Source: Patescibacteria group bacterium (GTDB lineage: Bacteria; Patescibacteriota; JABMPQ01). Taken from it: a stretch of DNA of 64,000 bases. The notes under the pieces were generated by a model. The model did not search any database and had not been told where the DNA came from. It worked only from the letters and a program-made list of their open reading frames with translations. This document shows positions 55,922 to 64,000 of this stretch, in pieces (position 1 is the first letter of the stretch; each line of letters starts with the position of its first letter). The DNA lies in the NCBI GenBank assembly GCA_041749335.1, contig JBGTBM010000007.1, positions 21,408 to 85,407 of the forward strand, read 5' to 3'. Position numbers and translations under genes: made by a program.

Positions 55922-56614
55922 ATGACAAAATTACAATTTGATATTCTAACTCTTTTCCCGGATATGTTTCCCGGATACCTCAATAAAAGCATTATGGGCC
56001 GAGCGCAGCAAAAAGGCCTTATTAAAATTAATATCCATGATATCCGAAAATATGCACTAGATAAGCACCGGATAACTGATGAAAAGCCTTATGGAGGAGG
56101 ACCGGGCATGGTATTGAAAGTAGAGCCGATTTATCGAAATTTGAAACAGATTATCTCTCGCAGCAGAGTGGGCTTGAAATTTAGAAAAATTATTTTATTA
56201 TCGCCGCAGGGCAAGAAGTTTGATCAGGCGATGGCCAAAAAATATATCAAGCTTAAGCATATCGTTTTAATCGCGGGCCGGTACGAAGGTTTGGATGAAA
56301 GAATAAATAAATTGGTAGACGAACAAATTTCAATCGGAGACTATGTGCTGACCGGCGGGGAGCTGCCAGCCATGGTGATGATTGACGCGATCGCTCGATT
56401 GGTGCCGGGAGTGGTGGGGAAAGAAATATCTTTGGCTGAAGAAACTTTTGTCAGAAAAGGTTTTATTGAATATCCTCAATATACTCGGCCGGATAAATTT
56501 CAATATGTTGATTGGCAGGGAATAAAAAAAACCGCTTCGGTTCCGCGGATTTTACTTTCCGGAGACCATAAAAAAATTAAAAATTGGCGGGAAAAACACA
56601 GTAAAAAAAGATAA
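55922..56614 (+). CDS. trmD: tRNA (guanine37-N1)-methyltransferase
   Basis: SPOUT knot motifs (ILLSPQGKKF, IAGRYEGLDER, GDYVLTGGELPA). Confidence 0.9.
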   Translation: MTKLQFDILTLFPDMFPGYLNKSIMGRAQQKGLIKINIHDIRKYALDKHRITDEKPYGGGPGMVLKVEPIYRNLKQIISRSRVGLKFRKIILLSPQGKKFDQAMAKKYIKLKHIVLIAGRYEGLDERINKLVDEQISIGDYVLTGGELPAMVMIDAIARLVPGVVGKEISLAEETFVRKGFIEYPQYTRPDKFQYVDWQGIKKTASVPRILLSGDHKKIKNWREKHSKKR

Positions 56615-56727
56615 TATGTTATCCACAGACGGTAAGCTCTTATTTTGCTAATATTTTATTTTTTTGGTATAATATTGTAAATTTAATAAACATATAAAAA
56701 ACAAATTACAATTAATAAACAAATTAT

Positions 56728-58425
56728 ATGAGAATCTTTGCATTTGAGTTCTTCTTTTTTGTTGTCAGTGTTTTTGCGATTTTGGTATGTATTTCAACAG
56801 CAGTTTTGTTTGCGATTACTTACCGATTTGAAAAAAAATTAAGAACCATTTGGCGCGCATTAGGTTTTATGCTGTTGGCAATTTCCTGCTTCTTTTTTAT
56901 TCTGGAACGAAAATATTTAGACGTTGAAATTATTTCGGTCTTAATCTTTGCTTTTGCGGCCGTGGGGCTATACAGCATCTTTCGCGGCGTAAGGGCAGAG
57001 CCGCTGCTTTCACAATTGGCAAATATTAAGGAAAAAGCTAACAAGAAATACCAAGAATTTAATTTTGTAAAGGAATTTCGTGAACCGAGAAACCGCAATT
57101 TATTAATAATTGTTTTTACTATTTTATTGGTTGTGGGAATTGTTTCCGTAATTTTGACTTTTTTTAATCTTACTGTTTATGTGATACTTGCTCTAATTTT
57201 GCTGGCTTTTGTTTTCACGCTCGCTACTATGGTTATCCAAGTAAAAAGATATTTGGCACAAAGAAAAACCATTGGGATAAAATGCCAAAATTTGTGTCCG
57301 CTTCTCGGGTTTGTTTTTTTGGCATTGGCCCTTGTAAGTTCCTTTTTACATAGATTGCCTGAATCGGATTTGCTGTTTTTTAGGAATATGGCTTTGGATT
57401 ATAGCTGGGTATGGCATGCTACTATAGTTTTTCTTGCTCTGGCATTTGTATTTTTAGGATCTTGGGCTTGGGCTTATATAAAAATCAGAAGGCTTTTAAA
57501 AATATTTGTTGTTTTTTTAGCTGCAATAATTTTTGTTGCCACCCTAGGGTCTTTAATCTTTAATATATTTTTATTTAAAATTGTAGAAAAAAATAATTTG
57601 GATTTAATGGAAAAGGGCGCCGATACGAAGGAATTAATTATGTTAGATCGTTCAAATGTTTCCATGTTAATTGCCAGTTTGATTGCGGAAGATAAAGAAA
57701 TAATTTCCTTAATTGATGGCGAGGACTATAATTTATTATTAAAAAATACAACGGATTATTTAAATAAAACCAATGTGGATCGGATTAGGATCTTTAATAA
57801 ATACGGAGAAATAGTGGCCAGTCCCAATGATGAAAGGGATCGAGGCAGGGTATTAACTGATGACAGCCTGCTTGCTTACGCGATAAAAGAAAAAAGTCCG
57901 GTTAAATCATATCAAGTAGATAGTGCCGTATTGGTTGATATTTTAGTAGTAAGATCATTATATCCGGTAGTGGAGAATGACGAAGTTAAGGGCGTGGTTG
58001 AAGTAGGATATGTTTTTGATAACGCTTTTGCCGATTATATAAAATCACGGACCGGTTTAGATGTAACCATATTTGTTAATGATAAAAGATCGGCTACCAC
58101 AATTTATACGTTAGACAATGTATCGCGCTGGGCGGGAAGCAGTGAAACAAATAAAAACGTATTGGAAAAAGTTTTAAAAAATGGTGAAAGATTAAAGATT
58201 GATACCGAAAGGCTGGGAGTTACCTACTATAATTCATACAAGCCGGTTAAAGATGTAAATGGGAAAATTATCGGCATGGTTTCTGTTGGTATCCCCACTA
58301 ATATTTTATTTGAGGATGCAAGGCAGCAACTATTAAGTATTTTCTTGATTATTTCAATCATTGCGCTTTTATCCGCGGTTTTTGGAGCATATGTGCTATA
58401 TATTAAAAAGACTGGTAAAAAATAA
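56728..58425 (+). CDS. Polytopic membrane protein with a large extracytoplasmic Cache-like domain and C-terminal TM. No output domain
   Basis: About 8 N-terminal TM helices. A 250-aa ectodomain ends in a Cache-like strand pattern (YNSYKPVKDVNGKIIGMVSVGIP), then one TM, then the stop. It ends 15 nt before the next gene. Confidence 0.5.
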   Translation: MRIFAFEFFFFVVSVFAILVCISTAVLFAITYRFEKKLRTIWRALGFMLLAISCFFFILERKYLDVEIISVLIFAFAAVGLYSIFRGVRAEPLLSQLANIKEKANKKYQEFNFVKEFREPRNRNLLIIVFTILLVVGIVSVILTFFNLTVYVILALILLAFVFTLATMVIQVKRYLAQRKTIGIKCQNLCPLLGFVFLALALVSSFLHRLPESDLLFFRNMALDYSWVWHATIVFLALAFVFLGSWAWAYIKIRRLLKIFVVFLAAIIFVATLGSLIFNIFLFKIVEKNNLDLMEKGADTKELIMLDRSNVSMLIASLIAEDKEIISLIDGEDYNLLLKNTTDYLNKTNVDRIRIFNKYGEIVASPNDERDRGRVLTDDSLLAYAIKEKSPVKSYQVDSAVLVDILVVRSLYPVVENDEVKGVVEVGYVFDNAFADYIKSRTGLDVTIFVNDKRSATTIYTLDNVSRWAGSSETNKNVLEKVLKNGERLKIDTERLGVTYYNSYKPVKDVNGKIIGMVSVGIPTNILFEDARQQLLSIFLIISIIALLSAVFGAYVLYIKKTGKK

Positions 58426-58439
58426 TCTAATATATTTTT

Positions 58440-61400
58440 ATGACAAAAAAACTTAACCCGAAACAAAAAGAACTCAGAAGAGTTACAGCCTTTCTGATAA
58501 TGGTGTCTGTCGTTCTTATCGCCGCAATTGCTGCGGTGGTATATTTCAATGGCAAGAGTGTCGGAGACGTGTATTCAGATAAGCTGGATTATACCAGTCA
58601 AACCAATTTTTCTTATGACTTAACTAAGGTCAAAGTTGATAGAAACGGAGCGACTTTGAAAAATAACAATGACCGCGCTAGTATTATTCTCCTGAATCCT
58701 TTGAGAATTTCTGATAAATATCAGGGAGATATTATCGGAAGAATTTTAGAATTTGAAGAAGTGGCGGATAAATCTCCCGGCGCAGAAATATACTACCAAT
58801 TATCAGGCGATGGGCAGAGATGGCAATATTATAAAAATAATAAATGGCAGGATGTTGGATCATGCAGTGACTGCTACAATACTGCGGTGGAAGTAAATGC
58901 AAATATCCAAGACTTTTTAATAGAATCAGATGCTTTGAGCGTAAAAACTTTATTAGTCAGTTCCGATGATAAAAAGCCAACGCTGGAAACTATAAATTTA
59001 AAGATTAAGGGGGAGGACTGCAGTGCGATTAATCGCAGAATGTTAAGTGCCGACTATGTAGGAGCAGCTTCAGAATTATGGGATAAATCATCGCTTAGCT
59101 TTCGGTCTGGCTGTTCGGGTGACTGCGAGGAAATAACTGCCCTAGTTTGCAATGGCGATGGCTCGAAAGACATGGCGGGCCCAACTAATTACGAAGTATA
59201 TTATAAAGCGTCCGGTAATCCTAAAGATGGAATAGTAATAAGCAGCGGACAAATTCCTGCCTTACGAGCCGGGCAATGTCATACTTTATCTTACACTCCG
59301 ACGCAAGATGGCAATTATATGTTTAAGGCCTATCAGAGGCCCGGACATCCTGGATCGGGTGAATTATGGTCTAATGCCTGTGAAGGGATTGACATGAGTG
59401 AGTGTGAAGAACCTTATTGCGGAGACGGTAATCTTGACCAAGGCGAGCAGTGTGACGATGGTAACAATAATAATGGTGATGGTTGTGATGCGCAATGTGC
59501 TATTGAGCCTTATTGTGGTGACGGAAATTTAGATAGCGGTGAACAATGCGACGACGGCAATAATAGTAGTGGCGATGGTTGTGATGCGCAGTGCGTTATT
59601 GAACCATATTGTGGAGACGGTAATCTTGACCAAGGCGAACAATGTGATGATGGCAATAACAATGACGGTGACGGTTGTAGTGCGCAGTGTACTAAACCAG
59701 AAGCTTGTAATGATTATTGTAATGATTCTATTGGCTGTGATAATAATTTAATTTGTTCAGATAATCTATGTCGCAACAATGCTTGTACAGAAGAAGGAGA
59801 TTGCATATGTCCATTATGCGGCGATGGCAATTTAGATGATGGTGAGCAGTGCGATGATGGAAACAATATTGACGGCGATGGTTGCAGTGTTGCTTGTTCA
59901 ATTGAGATACAACCTTATTGCGGAGACGGTAATCTTGACCAAGGCGAACAATGCGATGATGGCAATAATAATAATAATGACGAATGTAAAAACAATTGCA
60001 CTTTAAACACTCACTGTGGTAATGGAATTGTAGAAGAGGGTGAAGAATGCGACGATGGTAACAGCGTGCAAAATGACGGTTGCAATAACCAATGTGAAAT
60101 AAATCAACCAATCTGTCATGCGACTAGTTCTCAACAAAATCCTTATAATATTATCTGGGTTGACGAGAATGGTAGAGATAGCGGCAATGTCGATCATACA
60201 GGTCATCCAAACGATATTATTCCTATTACCGATTTAAATGGAGATGGAGAAATTACTGAAGAGGATTGTGTTTATACAGAGCAATATTGCGGTGATGGCA
60301 ATCTTGATGGCGGCGAAGAATGTGATGATGGAAACAATAACAATGGTGATGGATGCGACGCTCAATGTACTATTGAGCCTTATTGTGGTGATGGAAATTT
60401 AGATAGCGGTGAACAATGCGACGACGGTAATAATAGTAATGGCGACGGCTGCGATGCGCAGTGCGTTATTGAACCATATTGTGGCGATGGCGAATTAGAT
60501 GAGGGCGAGCAGTGTGATGATGGTAACAATAATAATGGCGATGGTTGTGACGCGCAGTGTACTATTGAGCCTTATTGCGGCGATGGAAATTTAGATAGTG
60601 GCGAACAATGCGATGACGGCAATAATAGTAATGGCGATGGATGTAATGCGCAATGTTCGATCGAACCATATTTTGGAATATTTTTAGAGTGTGTTGACCC
60701 TGATGAGGATGGAGATGGATATTTAGCCAAATTTGGATATAAGTGGGATGGATCAGACCCGGTTGCAACCGAACGTAGTGACTTTATCGGACCCGTTACT
60801 GATATTAATCCACCTCAAACATTTGACCCAGGCCGATATTTATATGATGTAAATGTTGAGACAAATGGCAATTTAGTTTGGACTGCACGAATATCTAACA
60901 ATACAAAAACTACAACAGCTAATGAAAGTTATTTTAAAAGATGTACGCTTGAGCCAGCTTGTGGAAACGGAATATTAGAAAGCAATGAGCAGTGCGACGA
61001 TGGCAATAATACTGATGGCGACGGTTGTAGTGCAAGTTGTGAAACAGAAGTAGCCCCATATTGTGGTGATGGAATAGTAGAAGAAGGAGAACAGTGTGAC
61101 GATGGCAATAATAATGATGGCGACGGCTGTAATTCACAGTGTACAGTTGAAGAAGTTGAGCCATTTTGCGGTGATAATAATTTAGACGAAGGCGAACAGT
61201 GCGATGACGGCAATAATAATGACGGCGATGGATGTAGTGCTCAATGTAGCGTTGAACCATTTTGCGGTGATGGAAAAATTGACGATGGAGAGGAATGTGA
61301 TGATGGCAATGATATAAATAATGATTATTGCAGCAATGAATGTAAAATTGTGCCCCAGCCATATTGTGGTGATGGCAATTTAGACGATGGCGAGCAGTGT

Positions 61401-63137
61401 GATGATGGTAATACAATAAATGGTGACGGCTGTAGCAATATTTGTACCAAAGAACCTACGCCGAATTGCGGTGATGGCAATTTAGACGAAGGCGAACAGT
61501 GTGATGACGGCAATAATGTGAATGGCGATAGTTGTAGCGCTATATGTGAAACGGAAGCAGCGCCTTTCTGCGGCGATGGCAACTTGGATGACAATGAACA
61601 GTGCGATGACGGTAATACTTTAAGCGGCGATGGATGTGATACGAATTGCAATAACGAACCTGTTCCATTAGTGGTACCAACAAATATTGTAATTCCCGTT
61701 CCTGCTTCACCTGCGATAGTTCCTGATGTAATTGGATTTAATACAGGAGCTTGCGGAGTGAAATATTCGGATGAAAATATAACTTTCTCGGGATTTTTAA
61801 ATGGAAACTATGATGCAAATACCATATTGGAATATTCATTGACGGGAGGATTGAGTTATCGGCCAATACAAAATGTGCAAGGATTGGGAACAGGCGCCGC
61901 CACTTTTCAATTTACTTTGTCGGATTATCCCAGCGGCACATATAATTTAGAGGTAAGGGCTAGGTTGGCCGATGGCAGTATTGTAGGTTCTGTTAATTGT
62001 CCATTTAGTATTGATTTGGGAGATTTGATTTTTGGAGCCAATGAATTTGTTTTATCTTCTCAACAAGGGCCGATGATTAATACGGGGTTGATAGAATTTA
62101 GAAAAGATGAAGCGCAAAGATTATGGATTGAGGCGAAAGGCGCAACATCATTTATTGTCAACGCTTACAAAAATCCCGACTTTGAAAATATTTATAAAAC
62201 ATTTACTTTAGAATATGACGCAACGGATTTTAGGAAATTATGGACCGGCATGTTGGAGTTCTCTGAAACCGGAGTATATCGATTAGTGGGCATTATAAAT
62301 GGTCCCGGTGGAACTTATTCAAGAGAAATAAATTCCATTTTAGTAACTGAAGGTGCGGAGATTATTGATGAAGTGACTCTAACTGTTTATGAGAAAAAAA
62401 TAAATAAGGTCTTTGAGGTGTGGAATGGATCTGCATATGGACAAGCAAATCCATATATTTCTGAAGGCGGAAGATTCAGCTTTATCTTGCCTGAGGGGGA
62501 ATATTATATCAGAGCCTCAAGGGCAGGATATGCCACGCTAACTTCCCGCATTACTAAAATTAGTGATCAGAGCTTGGTAACGGCTGAAATTGATATGCAA
62601 AAATGGACTTTACTGCGCAGGATTACCTCGCTATTCAACCGCGGCCCTAATAATTTTGATTTAGAAGTAGCGGCTATTCCCAAATTCGAATTACTAAATG
62701 TCGGCGATTTAATGGAAAGTATCAATGGCGTTAATAGTAACGGTGAAAGATATGAATTGTTGGGCAAAATGGGTAATAATAATAAAGTTCTAATGGTTTA
62801 TAGCGATTGGAATCGGGAGGCGCAAGAACAAGCAGATAATTACATTAAAATAGTTATGGCATCCCGGGCTGATAATAATAATCTAAGTTTTGCCGCACTG
62901 GGAACGATGCCGCCGCTTAATACTATGCGGGTATTTAACGAAAGGGGCGGTTATGATTACGATTCGTCATTGTTAAACTTTTTTAAGCCCGAAGATATAT
63001 TTCATGAAAACTATATGTCAATCAGTTTGCCGCACTTTTATGTATTGGGGCCGGATAATAGATTAAAGGGTACAGTGGTTGGATCTTATCCTCCTAGCGA
63101 GCTGCTAAAATTGTTGCTTGATATAGCTAATCAATAA
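58440..63137 (+). CDS. Giant (1565 aa) membrane-anchored surface protein with 17 Cys-rich repeats (CGDGxLDxGEQCDDGNxxxGDGCxAQC, Myxococcus-type cysteine-rich repeat/DUF4215-like) and C-terminal beta-sandwich domains
   Basis: N-terminal TM/signal anchor. A 300-aa N-domain. 17 repeats in three blocks, separated by Cys-rich linkers and a spacer of about 95 aa. C-terminal region with a CarboxypepD_reg-like segment (GRFSFILPEGEYYIRASRAGYATLTS). Confidence 0.8.
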   Translation: MTKKLNPKQKELRRVTAFLIMVSVVLIAAIAAVVYFNGKSVGDVYSDKLDYTSQTNFSYDLTKVKVDRNGATLKNNNDRASIILLNPLRISDKYQGDIIGRILEFEEVADKSPGAEIYYQLSGDGQRWQYYKNNKWQDVGSCSDCYNTAVEVNANIQDFLIESDALSVKTLLVSSDDKKPTLETINLKIKGEDCSAINRRMLSADYVGAASELWDKSSLSFRSGCSGDCEEITALVCNGDGSKDMAGPTNYEVYYKASGNPKDGIVISSGQIPALRAGQCHTLSYTPTQDGNYMFKAYQRPGHPGSGELWSNACEGIDMSECEEPYCGDGNLDQGEQCDDGNNNNGDGCDAQCAIEPYCGDGNLDSGEQCDDGNNSSGDGCDAQCVIEPYCGDGNLDQGEQCDDGNNNDGDGCSAQCTKPEACNDYCNDSIGCDNNLICSDNLCRNNACTEEGDCICPLCGDGNLDDGEQCDDGNNIDGDGCSVACSIEIQPYCGDGNLDQGEQCDDGNNNNNDECKNNCTLNTHCGNGIVEEGEECDDGNSVQNDGCNNQCEINQPICHATSSQQNPYNIIWVDENGRDSGNVDHTGHPNDIIPITDLNGDGEITEEDCVYTEQYCGDGNLDGGEECDDGNNNNGDGCDAQCTIEPYCGDGNLDSGEQCDDGNNSNGDGCDAQCVIEPYCGDGELDEGEQCDDGNNNNGDGCDAQCTIEPYCGDGNLDSGEQCDDGNNSNGDGCNAQCSIEPYFGIFLECVDPDEDGDGYLAKFGYKWDGSDPVATERSDFIGPVTDINPPQTFDPGRYLYDVNVETNGNLVWTARISNNTKTTTANESYFKRCTLEPACGNGILESNEQCDDGNNTDGDGCSASCETEVAPYCGDGIVEEGEQCDDGNNNDGDGCNSQCTVEEVEPFCGDNNLDEGEQCDDGNNNDGDGCSAQCSVEPFCGDGKIDDGEECDDGNDINNDYCSNECKIVPQPYCGDGNLDDGEQCDDGNTINGDGCSNICTKEPTPNCGDGNLDEGEQCDDGNNVNGDSCSAICETEAAPFCGDGNLDDNEQCDDGNTLSGDGCDTNCNNEPVPLVVPTNIVIPVPASPAIVPDVIGFNTGACGVKYSDENITFSGFLNGNYDANTILEYSLTGGLSYRPIQNVQGLGTGAATFQFTLSDYPSGTYNLEVRARLADGSIVGSVNCPFSIDLGDLIFGANEFVLSSQQGPMINTGLIEFRKDEAQRLWIEAKGATSFIVNAYKNPDFENIYKTFTLEYDATDFRKLWTGMLEFSETGVYRLVGIINGPGGTYSREINSILVTEGAEIIDEVTLTVYEKKINKVFEVWNGSAYGQANPYISEGGRFSFILPEGEYYIRASRAGYATLTSRITKISDQSLVTAEIDMQKWTLLRRITSLFNRGPNNFDLEVAAIPKFELLNVGDLMESINGVNSNGERYELLGKMGNNNKVLMVYSDWNREAQEQADNYIKIVMASRADNNNLSFAALGTMPPLNTMRVFNERGGYDYDSSLLNFFKPEDIFHENYMSISLPHFYVLGPDNRLKGTVVGSYPPSELLKLLLDIANQ

Positions 63138-63169
63138 AAAAGATTCTATTTATTGATATCACAATAAAA

Positions 63170-63205
63170 ACTCAGCCTGCCAAACAAGGCTGGGTTTTTT
63201 ATTAA
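63170..63205 (+). terminator. Rho-independent terminator (CTCAGCC-TGCCAAACAA-GGCTGGG + T6)
   Basis: Seven-bp stem with one G-U pair and a T-tract. Confidence 0.5.
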
Positions 63206-63304
63206 TTCAAATATTAAATTAAGAGAGATAAAATAAATATTTGTGAACAACCTGTGCATTTACTGTTGATCATTTTGAATATTTATTATACATTATCCAT
63301 TGTC

Positions 63305-63333
63305 TTGACACACATTAGATGTTATATTATCAT
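63305..63333 (+). promoter_or_regulatory. Candidate rRNA promoter (TTGACA-17-TATCAT)
   Basis: -35 at 63305-63310. It lies about 170 nt upstream of the 16S 5' end. Confidence 0.3.
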
Positions 63334-63500
63334 TACGTGAGATACGAATAGTATCGTTCTTTAATAACTAAAAGATGATAGCGGGTTAATATATCTTTTG
63401 ATATATTTTCCAACGTCAGTTTGAAGTTTAAATTTGTATTTTTTGGTAACTTAATTAAGTTACCTTGTTTTAAGAGCTAGTTAACTCTTATTTTTTACTA

Positions 63501-64000
<500 letters not shown>

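Noticed and set aside
59539-61651. Several long ORFs on both strands inside 58440-63137: 59539-59751 (+), 59728-60111 (-), 60562-60768 (-), 60934-61416 (-) and 61325-61651 (-). They are rich in His, Arg, Tyr and Cys or in Ser, Pro and Leu.
   Set aside because: They are out-of-frame or antisense readings of the GATGGCAATAAT/TGTGATGA repeat DNA that encodes the Cys-rich repeats. There are no ribosome-binding sites. Their low-complexity composition mirrors the sense-strand repeats. They sit inside a well-supported giant CDS.

Overview
The window reads as an AT-rich, compact bacterial chromosome segment that looks like a Candidate Phyla Radiation / Patescibacteria-type genome. That placement is inference from several traits. 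Overall GC is about 35% by eye. There are many short hypothetical membrane proteins and lipoproteins. Ribosomal proteins S1, L32 and S16 carry Lys/Glu-rich C-terminal tails. rpsP-KH-trmD lacks rimM. The SMC is short (876 aa). A type IV pilus ATPase stands without neighbouring pilus genes. A partial 16S rRNA starts at 63501.

Conserved housekeeping genes are clear from motifs. Translation and ribosome: infB, rbfA, rpsA, rpmF, rpsP, trmD. DNA and transcription: gyrA, smc, nusB, rnc. tRNA modification: tilS, tsaD, tsaE. Envelope and proteolysis: ftsH, uppP, lgt. Metabolism and redox: trxA, gdh, galT.

The loci worth a second look, from start to end of the window:
- (a) An infB-rbfA-DHH/DHHA1-cdaA-cdaR operon that puts c-di-AMP synthesis and a candidate phosphodiesterase together.
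- (b) A two-gene islet of an unknown 243-aa protein and a TrmB-family regulator. It is bracketed by two nearly identical terminator hairpins and has a dyad-rich divergent promoter region.
- (c) A 53-aa, 9-cysteine micro-ORF with a textbook promoter, ribosome-binding site and terminator, immediately 5' of tilS-ftsH. It shares a GCCxCKT motif with a Cys-rich insertion inside the glutamate dehydrogenase gene.
- (d) A catalytically degenerate DHH paralogue.
- (e) A copper module: csoR, a CxxC lipoprotein, an HMA-permease-cupredoxin-like protein and copA, with a G-tract operator candidate.
- (f) A GIY-YIG gene bounded by 39-bp direct repeats and 35-bp tandem repeats, possibly a small mobile element.
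- (g) A run of small secreted or membrane proteins with a shared upstream motif, then separately terminated tandem paralogues.
- (h) A membrane protein with a Cache-like ectodomain, followed directly by a 1565-aa surface protein with 17 Cys-rich repeats (CGDGxLDxGEQCDDGNxxxGDGC) and near-identical internal nucleotide repeats.

No CRISPR array, transposase or integrase was seen.
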